Positions 18,732 to 26,979 of a stretch of DNA of 59,060 nucleotides are shown in pieces. The position numbers were made by a program, and so were the translations under genes. Positions within the stretch are counted from its first letter, which is position 1; every line of letters starts with the position of its first letter. This DNA comes from a virus (lineage: Duplodnaviria; Caudoviricetes). Under the pieces are notes generated by a model. It was not told where the DNA came from and ran no database searches. It worked only from the letters and a program-made list of their open reading frames with translations. Location: positions 1-59,060 of IMG/VR virus record IMGVR_UViG_3300045996_002405; one strand, 5' to 3'.

Positions 18732-19096
18732 GTGTTCGTCGCCTTCCTGCTCTCGTCGGCCAGCCGTGCGGCTTCGCGCCGGAAGTCGGCGGCCATCGCG
18801 TCGCCGGACGCGATCAGCGCGCCGAGGTACTGCAGAACCTCGGTCGCGTCGACGTTCGTCGGTATCCGGCGGGTGGTGCTCCAGTCCGCGGCGCTCTGCG
18901 GGGTCGAGGGCAGCGGCCCGAGGTCGTCGATCTGATCGCGCAGCTCGATCAGACCGGTCGCGAACGTCGTCCACCAGGTCGCGGCGCGGGCGGCGTCTTC
19001 CTCTCCGCGCACGAGCGCGTGACGGACGGCGTGCTCGGTGCGCACATCGGGGTCGGGGTGCCAGCTGGGTCGGTCGTGCTCGGTGGTGGTGCTCAT
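18728..19096 (-). CDS. Hypothetical protein
   Basis: RBS AGGAGGA; 122 aa. Confidence 0.7.
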   Translation of the reverse strand: MSTTTEHDRPSWHPDPDVRTEHAVRHALVRGEEDAARAATWWTTFATGLIELRDQIDDLGPLPSTPQSAADWSTTRRIPTNVDATEVLQYLGALIASGDAMAADFRREAARLADESRKATNT

Positions 19097-19117
19097 GTCG
19101 GGGTCATCCTCCTGAGA

Positions 19118-19175
19118 CGGACATTGCTCCCATAACCCTAGTAAAACTAGGTTTAGGGGAGCAATGTCCGGACAC
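19118..19175. promoter_or_regulatory. Inverted repeat enclosing two operator half-sites, plus a TGTCCGGACA palindrome
   Basis: CGGACATTGCTCCC...AACCCTAG...CTAGGTTT...GGGAGCAATGTCCG. Confidence 0.6.
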
Positions 19176-19373
19176 TCGGCGTTCGGGTGAATCAGGCCGA
19201 TTCGCGCAGTACCGGCGCGGTGTGGACGGTGCCCAGGAGCTCGTCGTCAGTTCGCGGAGCGCGTCCAGCCAGTCGTCGGCCTGGTCCACGGTCGGCAGCA
19301 GCAATGGGCTATACGCCGGACGGGTGACCCCGACGCTCTCGGCGTCGACGACCACCCGTCCGACCAGCGCAGA

Positions 19374-19961
19374 TCAGGGCGTCAGGATCCCACCGCAGGT
19401 CCGGCACAGCACCCGGTCGAGCGGGTCTCCGGCCGGCGTCACGTGTCCGCACGCACTGCACACCCACTCCCCGCGCCAGTCGTCCCACAGCCCGTAGTCG
19501 GTGGGCAGGAAGCGCGTCCAGAGGTGTTCGGCCGTGACCGGGTCGACGACGATTCGGCGCACCGCGTCCCAGCGGCGCCGGGCGACGGGGTCGGTGATGT
19601 CGCTCATCCACTCCCGCACGCGCGAGTAGTGCGGTTCCGCCAGCTCGCCGTCTTCCATCGCGCGCGTGGCCCGCATCGTGCAGTCGGCTTCGTCCAGCGC
19701 CGCCGCCGTGACGAGCCGACCCGCGGCTACCTGCAGCCGCTCGGTCACGGCCCGGTCGCCGCGACGCTCGGCGCTCATCCGCGCGGTCACCAGCGCGAGC
19801 GCGAGCACGCTGTTCGCCGACAGCACGCCGGAGCCCTCGGCGGCCAGGTGCTCGGCGTAGCGCACGGCCTGGTCCAGCTGCTCGACTGCGACGGCCGCAG
19901 TCAGCATGCGGACCGCGTCCAGGGTGTAGCTGTCGAGTTCGTAGTGGTCGTGTCCGTACAT
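19374..19961 (-). CDS. Hypothetical protein with C-terminal Zn ribbon
   Basis: MYGHDHYELD start; CSACG...CRTCGG. Confidence 0.65.
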   Translation of the reverse strand: MYGHDHYELDSYTLDAVRMLTAAVAVEQLDQAVRYAEHLAAEGSGVLSANSVLALALVTARMSAERRGDRAVTERLQVAAGRLVTAAALDEADCTMRATRAMEDGELAEPHYSRVREWMSDITDPVARRRWDAVRRIVVDPVTAEHLWTRFLPTDYGLWDDWRGEWVCSACGHVTPAGDPLDRVLCRTCGGILTP

Positions 19962-20032
19962 GGCAGTCCCGTCCTGGTGGTGGGGGAGTGCGCGCCCGCA
20001 CCGGCGATCGGTGCGGGCGCGCGGTGGTGGGG

Positions 20033-21415
20033 TCACGACGCCTTGCGGCGTCCCTTGCCGCGGCCCGGGTAGTACTGCGAGACGCACAGCACCTCACCGA
20101 GCACGGTGAACACCGCGCGGTCGGACTCGTCCTCGATCGTGACGAGGTAGCGCACGCGGCACCACGGGCACGTTGCCGGTGCCACCTGACCGGCCGTCAT
20201 CGGCAGGGTCAGGAAGTGATCGCAGCACGGCGACAGCGTGCGGAGCTTGCCGCGGCTGGTGTCGGTGTAGCGGTAGATCACACGCGTCGGTTCCAGCTGG
20301 TCGGCCGTCACCTGCACGTCCGGACCCAGCTCCGCGAGCGCCGGTCCGTCGAACGACCTGGGATCGAAGTCAGGTTCGAGGTCGGCCAGCAGAGCACGGT
20401 CCCGCTCGGCCTGCTCCGCGTGCTGCAGGTGCCGGGCGAACCGTGCGCGGCCGTCCTCGACCGGCGCGTCCTCGACCGGCGCGTCCTCGCGCTGGACGAG
20501 GTCGACCGCCACGGGCGCGGACTCCTCCGCCGTTGCCTGGTCGTCGGAGGGCTGCTCGGGCTGGACGAGGACGAGGGGCGCGGGCGCGGACTCCTCTGCC
20601 GAAGCGTCGTCGTCGTCCTGGTCGGCGCTCGGCTCGTCGTCGACGTCCTGGTTCTCGTCATCGAGGTGCGACGCGTCGACGTCCTCGACGGGCTCGGTCT
20701 CCAGTTCGGCGACCTCGTCGACGTCGGCCTGGTCCTGGTCGAGCGACAGCTGCTCGGGCTCGTCGACCTCGACCGGCGCCGGAGCGTCGACGGTCTGGTC
20801 GTCCTCGACGACCGTCGCGGCACCCGCGCCCAGCTTGCGCTCGAACTTCTCCCACTGAGCCTCGGTCAGCTCGCGAGGGGTGGTCACACGGACGCCGACG
20901 CTGGTCGTGTCGACCAGGCCCGGCCAGCCGTCGAGGGACGCGGCCAGCTGCTCGGGCGTGGTGTCGGAGCCCTGCGGCAGGTTGGCGCTGGTGAGGTAGA
21001 TCGTGCCGACGATCCGGGTCCGGGCGTTCAGGCCGGGGCCGGAGATGCCGAGCACGGTGCGGACGGCGGAGGTGACGACGCTGGTCGTCGGGAAGCGGAC
21101 GGGAGAGGTGACGGCGGTCATGTCCTCGACCTTTCCAGGGGTGGGAGCGGGGCAGTCCAGGGCGGTGCAGGGCAGAAACTCGGTGAACTCGGCGAACTCG
21201 GCCGGGGTGTCGCCGGGTTCCATGCAGTCGGCCCACGTGGCGGCCAGCAGCGCGGCGGCCGCGGCGTCGTGTCCCAGTTGCGCGTCGACCTCGACCGGGA
21301 ACACGACCTCTGCGCAGAACGCCTCGTGTCGCACGTCCTGGCACGACGTGCGGTGCACCCGTCGGTTGCCGTCGACGCTGTGGATCACCGTGTACGTCGC
21401 CTTGAAGCCCGCCAC
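20033..21415 (-). CDS. Multi-domain protein with a long D/E-rich region and C-terminal Zn finger
   Basis: RBS GAGGGAG before GTG 21415; directly downstream of an operator-promoter. Confidence 0.7.
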   Translation of the reverse strand: MAGFKATYTVIHSVDGNRRVHRTSCQDVRHEAFCAEVVFPVEVDAQLGHDAAAAALLAATWADCMEPGDTPAEFAEFTEFLPCTALDCPAPTPGKVEDMTAVTSPVRFPTTSVVTSAVRTVLGISGPGLNARTRIVGTIYLTSANLPQGSDTTPEQLAASLDGWPGLVDTTSVGVRVTTPRELTEAQWEKFERKLGAGAATVVEDDQTVDAPAPVEVDEPEQLSLDQDQADVDEVAELETEPVEDVDASHLDDENQDVDDEPSADQDDDDASAEESAPAPLVLVQPEQPSDDQATAEESAPVAVDLVQREDAPVEDAPVEDGRARFARHLQHAEQAERDRALLADLEPDFDPRSFDGPALAELGPDVQVTADQLEPTRVIYRYTDTSRGKLRTLSPCCDHFLTLPMTAGQVAPATCPWCRVRYLVTIEDESDRAVFTVLGEVLCVSQYYPGRGKGRRKAS

Positions 21416-21430
21416 TGTCACTCCCTCGTT

Positions 21431-21478
21431 TGCCCTACCAACACCACAAACCCTAGGGCTACTAGGGGAGATGTGCAA
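21431..21478 (-). promoter_or_regulatory. Promoter TTGCAC-17-TAGGGT with overlapping operator AACCCTAGGGCT
   Basis: Operator 21449-21460; -35 at 21478-21473. Confidence 0.8.
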
Positions 21479-21807
21479 CGCCGGATCTTGTGGGCGCGCC
21501 CACGTTTTCGCAGGTGGCCGCCGGTACGCCGAACGGCGTCGTCCGCGCCGGGTAGCATCCACGCCGCTGGTCAGCTTCGTCCCTTACCTGGTGGTGGGGT
21601 CATCGGCGACACGGCACGAACGACCCTCACGGCGCGCGGCGACGTGGGGGTCGTTCGCGTTCCGGCCGGCTGGAAGCCGCAGAAGTGCTGCGCGGACACG
21701 CCGACCGCCCGATCACGTGTGCGAAACGCAGACGTGGTGTACGGTGCGCATGTCGATCACGGCGCTGGTCCTGCAACGAGCTGACCAGCCCAAACTAGGG
21801 AGGGCAC

Positions 21808-22113
21808 GTGTCCGTGCAGCGATTGCGGAAGTACTGCGAGGGCAGCGCGGCGGCCGACCCGCAGGTGAGTCTCGCGGCGAAGGGCGTCTGGCTCACCCTG
21901 GCCCGCCACGCCGACGCGCAGGGGCGGGTCTTCCTGTCGATCCGTGCGATCGCCGCCGAGACGGCGTCGGGGATCCGGTCGGTGCAGACCGCGCTCGACG
22001 AGCTGATCAGGATCGGGTACCTCACGCGCTACCTGCGTCATCAGGGCGTGCGCGGGTCGGTGTCGACGCTGCACCTGCACTCCCACCCGCAGCCCGGACG
22101 ACGCGCTTCCTGA
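21808..22113 (+). CDS. Small winged-helix (HTH_36-like) protein
   Basis: SLAAKGVWLTLARHAD..G..FLSIRAIAAET..GIRSVQTALDEL...GYL. Confidence 0.75.
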   Translation: MSVQRLRKYCEGSAAADPQVSLAAKGVWLTLARHADAQGRVFLSIRAIAAETASGIRSVQTALDELIRIGYLTRYLRHQGVRGSVSTLHLHSHPQPGRRAS

Positions 22114-22255
22114 CCCCCAACGACGAGCGTTACAGCAGGTAACGCAAGGTCCCCCGTACGAGTGATGTTCTCGCTAAATCGCGTGGAATTTTCGCGTCCC
22201 GGTGCGAGGGTCGACGAGCAAGTACCGCCGTCGACGTGACCCCGTGACCCCAAAC

Positions 22256-22293
22256 GGAAGCGCCCGACACCCTGTCGGGTGTCGGGCGCTTCC
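22256..22293. terminator. 17-bp hairpin in the rep leader
   Basis: GGAAGCGCCCGACACCC-TGTC-GGGTGTCGGGCGCTTCC; followed by GTTT on the minus strand. Confidence 0.6.
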
Positions 22294-22494
22294 ACGTAGT
22301 TCGGTCGAGATCCCAGCTTGTTACTTGGCGGTACGCGCTGGGGTGTCGGCTTCTCCTCCGCTGAACGAACTGACCCCGTGAGGCTACCGCGACCGCCGGA
22401 CATAGTCCGCCGGTAGATCGGGTGCACTAGCTCACGGCACGGAAGGACCCACCGTGCAGAACACGACCGTCCCCACCCAGCTCCGGGGGACACG

Positions 22495-23661
22495 ATGAGC
22501 CATCTCGTGCAGGACTGGGCCGAGGAGGTATCCGTGGCCGACGTCTACGAGCGCGTGCTGCTCATGTCGCTCGCGCAGCGCGCGTCGCCGGACGGTACCG
22601 GCTGCTACCCCGCTGTTGCCACGCTCGCCCGAGCATCGATGTCGAGCACGCGCACGATCCAGCGTCGGCTCACGCAGCTCGCGGAACGAGGGATCATCCG
22701 GCTCGGGGACCAGGCGAAGGTCTCCTACCTCCCGGCGGGCAAGCGTCCGACGGTGTGGGACCTGATGGTCCCCTACGACTGGTACTCGGCCGCGCAGATG
22801 GAGAAGGTCCAGCTGTGGCGCGCGGAGAACAACCTGCCCCCGCTGCGACCCGAGGACCGCCCGCCGCTGCCCCCGGTCGAACCCGCGCGCAAGCGGCGTT
22901 CGGACTCGGGCAAGTCGCGCCCGAGGAAGCGCACTGCTGAAACCACCGCTGACCAGCAGGAAGGCGATGTGACGCGACTACTAGTCACCCCTGTTGACAG
23001 CCCGTCCGACCCTGTGGACAACCCCCAGGGTGGGGTGACTAGTAGTCCGGCAGGGGTGACTAGTAGTCCTGAACTGACGCGACTCGTAGTCACCCAAACC
23101 CGTAAAGAACTAACCCGTCCTGTGAATCCGTCCTTTTCTACTGCTCCGGTGGGCACGGTCCCCCCCACCGGTACGGAAGTTGACGCGCGAGCGGGGGAGG
23201 GGACGACCTCCGGACACGACGACGAGCGGCACGACCTGCTCGACGTCGAGTCCACCCGGCGCCTGCAGGCCGGGGCGCTGCTGCGGTCCCTGCCGATGCC
23301 GCCCGCAGCAGCCCCGCCGACGCTCGACGAGAAAGCCGCGCTCGTCGAGCTGGTGCTGCAGCTGTGGGCCGCCGGGGCTTCGACGGTGGAGATCCGCAAG
23401 GACCTGAGCCGCGACCTCTCCGGAGTCCGCTACGCCGGACGCATCTGGATCACACGGCTCGGTGTGCTGCTCGAACACGTGCGGGCCCGGGCCGCGGCGC
23501 GGGCTGCGACCCCGCCGCTGTGCGGGCAGTGCGAGGGCAGGCCGAACGAGGGGGTCGCATCCCGGACCGTGTGGCTCGACGACCAGCACGAGCGGTTCGC
23601 GCTGTGCCCGCGCTGCCACCCGGCGGGGTTGCAGCAGGTCGTCTCAATCGGCGCTCACTGA
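22495..23661 (+). CDS. HTH replication initiator (RepA / lambda-O-like)
   Basis: N-terminal ERVLLMSLAQRA..DG.GCYPAVATLA....STRTIQRRL..L...GII wHTH; internal repeats; C-terminal CGQC...CPRCHP. Confidence 0.8.
   Translation: MSHLVQDWAEEVSVADVYERVLLMSLAQRASPDGTGCYPAVATLARASMSSTRTIQRRLTQLAERGIIRLGDQAKVSYLPAGKRPTVWDLMVPYDWYSAAQMEKVQLWRAENNLPPLRPEDRPPLPPVEPARKRRSDSGKSRPRKRTAETTADQQEGDVTRLLVTPVDSPSDPVDNPQGGVTSSPAGVTSSPELTRLVVTQTRKELTRPVNPSFSTAPVGTVPPTGTEVDARAGEGTTSGHDDERHDLLDVESTRRLQAGALLRSLPMPPAAAPPTLDEKAALVELVLQLWAAGASTVEIRKDLSRDLSGVRYAGRIWITRLGVLLEHVRARAAARAATPPLCGQCEGRPNEGVASRTVWLDDQHERFALCPRCHPAGLQQVVSIGAH
22976..23142. repeat. Putative replication origin inside rep: iterons, DnaA box, AT-richer tract
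   Basis: GGGGTGACTAGTAGTCC at 23032-23048 and 23053-23069; inverted copies at 22976-22991 and 23081-23095; TGTGGACAA (reverse complement TTGTCCACA) at 23013-23021. Confidence 0.7.
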
Positions 23662-23685
23662 CGTCCAGGAGCGCTCAGGACACGA

Positions 23686-23728
23686 CAGAGCCCCCGCCCG
23701 GGTCCGGTGACCTTCGGCGGGGGCTCTG
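23686..23728. terminator. Hairpin after rep
   Basis: CAGAGCCCCCGCC...GGCGGGGGCTCTG between convergent genes. Confidence 0.7.
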
Positions 23729-23753
23729 GAGACGCAGGGGGCTGATCATCCGG

Positions 23754-24089
23754 CTAGTCGCTGGCGGCGACTCCGTAGGCCAGGAGCGCGGTCACGGGGA
23801 AGGCCAGCGCGAACCACGTCGACAGGACGCCGAGCGCGACGAGCACGATCACGGCGGCCCCGGTGGCGATCACCGCGAGGATCAGCCGGAAGCGCACCGC
23901 GTGGTCGAGTCGACGCAGCTCCGGCACGCGATCGGCGTAGTCGATCTTCGCGCCGGTCAGCGCGTCGATCCGGGCCTGCAGGGCGTGCCACTGCTCGCCG
24001 CGGTAGGTGACGTGCGCCTGGTCGCGACGCAGCGCGCGCAGCTGCTCGTCGAGGTCCGAGGTGTGCTGGTCGAAACGGTCGATCGACAT
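23754..24089 (-). CDS. Small membrane protein (coiled coil plus 2 TM)
   Basis: RBS AGGAGG; hydrophobic C-terminus. Confidence 0.7.
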   Translation of the reverse strand: MSIDRFDQHTSDLDEQLRALRRDQAHVTYRGEQWHALQARIDALTGAKIDYADRVPELRRLDHAVRFRLILAVIATGAAVIVLVALGVLSTWFALAFPVTALLAYGVAASD

Positions 24090-24177
24090 GGTGGCCTCCT
24101 ACGGCGACGAGCCAGCGTATCGCGCGCCGGCGACGGTCCGGGGTGGTGATTCACCCGGTCGGTCGGTCGTGTCGGGG

Positions 24178-24207
24178 TTGTCCCTGCACAGCCCTAGCCC
24201 TAGGGTT
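24178..24207 (+). promoter_or_regulatory. Promoter TTGTCC-17-TAGGGT with overlapping operator AGCCCTAGGGTT
   Basis: -35 at 24178-24183; operator 24196-24207. Confidence 0.75.
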
Positions 24208-24302
24208 GCTCGGGTCAGTAGGGCTACAGAGCGGGTCGACCCGGTGGGCCGTAGGAAGCGACCGGGTCGACCCGAGCCCCCGCCGTAGACGGGAGAACAC
24301 CA

Positions 24303-24416
24303 GTGTCCACCACCTACCAGGGACCGAACGACCTCGACCCGCGCGAGCCGGCCGAGTCCGACGCCGCCGTCGGCTGGACCGAGATCGTCGCCAGCGGCGT
24401 CGGCGGCCAGCAGTGA
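24303..24416 (+). CDS. 37-aa peptide
   Basis: RBS GGGAG before GTG; GTGA-coupled to the next gene. Confidence 0.45.
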   Translation: MSTTYQGPNDLDPREPAESDAAVGWTEIVASGVGGQQ

Positions 24417-24928
24417 GCGACCAGCACGTCGGCCAGGACGTCGACGAGCCCGACGACGCCGTTCGTCAGCCACTGCCGTGGGACGTCGCCGAGCTGAACC
24501 GCGCCCACTACGACGAGCAGGCCCGCCAGGAGGACCAGGTGCACTCGAAGGCCGCGCTCCTGCTCGTCGGCTTCGGCGTGCTCGGCGCGGTCGGCGGGGA
24601 CAAGCTGCTCGACCTCGCCGCGGCACCGACCGCGCGCTGGTGGCAGCTCGCACCGCTGGGCGTCGCGGCCGTGCTGGGCGTGCTCGCGCTGATCGTGCTG
24701 CTGCTGCGCGTGCTGCGCCCGAAGTTCGGACCGCACGCGTTCACCGCGGCCGAGGACCAGGACGACGTCGACGCGGCCGCGTACTGGCACCGGATGACCG
24801 GGATCCTGCGACCCGCGAACCGGCGCCGCTACGACGGCCTGCGCGTGGCGATCGACCTGCTCGTCGCGACGCTCGTCGTCGGGACCGTCGCGGTCGTCCT
24901 GCTCGTCGTCCCGGCCGCAGCGGCATGA
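24413..24928 (+). CDS. PycTM/DUF5706-like 3-TM membrane protein
   Basis: Q...SKAALLL-TM ... TM-VLRPKF ... RRRYDGLRVAIDLL-TM architecture. Confidence 0.55.
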   Translation: MSDQHVGQDVDEPDDAVRQPLPWDVAELNRAHYDEQARQEDQVHSKAALLLVGFGVLGAVGGDKLLDLAAAPTARWWQLAPLGVAAVLGVLALIVLLLRVLRPKFGPHAFTAAEDQDDVDAAAYWHRMTGILRPANRRRYDGLRVAIDLLVATLVVGTVAVVLLVVPAAAA

Positions 24929-25530
24929 TCCAACCGGACACCACCACCACCGACAGGACCCCGCCACCGATGACCACAGAGGACATGCTCACCGCTTACC
25001 TGCAGCTGGCCAACGACGCCGTCGCCGAGCTGCAGCAGCTCCCCGTCGGCACCGAGCGCTACGACGCCGGGGCGAACACCGTGATCGTGTCGTTCACGGT
25101 GACCGCGCTGCTCGCCGAGCTCCACGCGATCGACCCCGACCGCGCCGACGCCCTGGCCAGCCGGATCGTCGACGCCCTGACCAACGCCGACACCGTCACC
25201 GACCTCGTCGTCCGCTGGTCCCGCTCGCTCAACGACGGGCAGCCGTTCACGCTGGCCGAGGTCGAGCACGCCGACGACGGCGAGACCGACCCGGTCGTCG
25301 ACACGCGATCCGACGAGCAGGCCCAGCGCGCCGAGTGGTCGCGCATGGTCCACCTGCTCAACACGCTCGCCGCGCAGAACCGGCCGCGCGCCGACGAGCT
25401 GTGGCGCCAGGTCAACGACCCGAACCACCCGCTCACCGCAGCGCAGGTGATCGCCGAGATCGAGGCGCTGCTGCGCCACGTCGCGTCGAGCACGCCCTAC
25501 CAGCCGCCGCAGCGCGGGCCGCAACACTGA
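24925..25530 (+). CDS. Hypothetical protein
   Basis: ATGA coupling; helical composition. Confidence 0.65.
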   Translation: MIQPDTTTTDRTPPPMTTEDMLTAYLQLANDAVAELQQLPVGTERYDAGANTVIVSFTVTALLAELHAIDPDRADALASRIVDALTNADTVTDLVVRWSRSLNDGQPFTLAEVEHADDGETDPVVDTRSDEQAQRAEWSRMVHLLNTLAAQNRPRADELWRQVNDPNHPLTAAQVIAEIEALLRHVASSTPYQPPQRGPQH

Positions 25531-25595
25531 CCACCGGCCCGGTCCACCGCGCGGACCGGGCCGGTTCCATCCCCACCACCAGGAACGAGGAACCC

Positions 25596-26321
25596 GTGAA
25601 CGACGAGCACCAGTTCGAGCCGGTCACGCTCGACGAGCTGTACCGGCTGGCCAACGACACCCCGCGCGAGATCCTGACTGCGGCCGCGGCCGCAGTCGAG
25701 GACCTGCAGCAGGACGCCCAGACGTGGCCGAACGTCGCGGCCGCGCTCACCCTGTACGGCGAGCTGATCGCCGGGCACGGACGCACCATCGCGGCCGCGC
25801 TCGCCGACTACGCCGAGCACAACCCCACCCCGGCTCCCGCACCCGATGGTCGGGTGTCGGTGCTGCTGATCGGACGCGAGCAGCACCAACGACTCTGGTC
25901 GGAGGCGGCGGAGGCGACGAGGTCGCGCAACGGCGGCCAGCTCGCGGCCCCCACGGCCGAGGACTACCGGAACGCGTTCGAGATCGAGCACGGTCGCCCC
26001 GACGTCGACGTGCTCGTCGAGCTGCTCGACAAGCACGACCACGTTCGTCCCGTGCTCGTGATCCAGCACGTTCCCGGCGCACCCGACCAGCGCTTGCAGG
26101 TGCAGATCGGCGGGTGGACCAAGGACGCGCATTACGACCGGATCGAGGCCCTGCTGTCCGATCGGGGGATCGAGGCCGGCCCGCCCGCCTACTGGGCACC
26201 GGTCCCGGGTCAGCACCGGTTCCTCTCGATCGCCGCCGGCGGGCAGCCCGGGCTGTTCGACCACTTCGGCCGCGCCGTCGAGCTGGTCGACCCCGGTGTC
26301 GACCTGCACCGCGGCGACTGA
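25596..26321 (+). CDS. Hypothetical protein with QPGLF near the C-terminus
   Basis: RBS GAGGA before GTG (VNDEHQFEP...). Confidence 0.7.
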   Translation: MNDEHQFEPVTLDELYRLANDTPREILTAAAAAVEDLQQDAQTWPNVAAALTLYGELIAGHGRTIAAALADYAEHNPTPAPAPDGRVSVLLIGREQHQRLWSEAAEATRSRNGGQLAAPTAEDYRNAFEIEHGRPDVDVLVELLDKHDHVRPVLVIQHVPGAPDQRLQVQIGGWTKDAHYDRIEALLSDRGIEAGPPAYWAPVPGQHRFLSIAAGGQPGLFDHFGRAVELVDPGVDLHRGD

Positions 26322-26387
26322 CCCGCACGACCCAGCAGACGGCAGCAGGTCCTCACCGTTTTGGTGAGGGCCTGCTGCCGTCTGGGA

Positions 26388-26567
26388 CTACTTCGCGACG
26401 ATCCGCCGACCGCCACGCGGTCGGAGCGTCACACCTGCCTCGCGCAGCAGTCGGTGCACGGTGCCGTAGGACCGGCCCACGTGCGCGGCGATGGACCGCA
26501 GCGACTCGTCGTTGGCGTAGCGGTGTCGAACCTCCGCCGACAGCTCGTCGCGCTGGACGGTGGACAT
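26388..26567 (-). CDS. Small actinobacterial HTH regulator (HTH_58-like)
   Basis: RYANDESLRSIAAHVGRSYGTVHRLLREAGVTLRPRGG. Confidence 0.8.
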   Translation of the reverse strand: MSTVQRDELSAEVRHRYANDESLRSIAAHVGRSYGTVHRLLREAGVTLRPRGGRRIVAK

Positions 26568-26660
26568 GCGACGACGTCTGGGCCCGCTCGATCCGGTGGT
26601 CTGTCCCACGTCTGTTCCTCCGATCGGTTGCCCCGATGGTGGCCCAACCGGCCGCACTGA

Positions 26661-26930
26661 TCAACCGGGCTCGTGGTCGGGTGGTCGCGCCGCGGCCGGT
26701 GGTGTCACCTGGTACCCGAGGGCGCGCAGCTTCCGCACGGCGCACGCGACGTGCTGGTCGTCGACGCAGCGGCAGTCGGGCGACGGCTCGTCGGGAAAGA
26801 CCACGATCTCTCGTCGTCCCCTCGGGGACTGCTCGGCTCGGACGGGGAGACGGCCGCGGTGGTACCAGCGGTTCGCGGTCGGGTAGGACACGCCACGTCG
26901 GCGTGCCCACTCGGCGAGCGGGATCGGCAT
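26661..26930 (-). CDS. MerR/excisionase-like HTH protein resembling the IS607 TnpA N-terminus
   Basis: LAEWARRRGVSYPTANRWYHRGRLPVRAEQSPRG; no serine-recombinase domain follows. Confidence 0.65.
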   Translation of the reverse strand: MPIPLAEWARRRGVSYPTANRWYHRGRLPVRAEQSPRGRREIVVFPDEPSPDCRCVDDQHVACAVRKLRALGYQVTPPAAARPPDHEPG

Positions 26931-26979
26931 CGGCCGATCTTCTCACGAGTGAGAAGATCATGCTAGCCTCGGCTCAGCC

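Noticed and set aside
26661-26930. IS607 insertion sequence
   Set aside because: Only the HTH is present; there is no serine recombinase domain and no tnpB.
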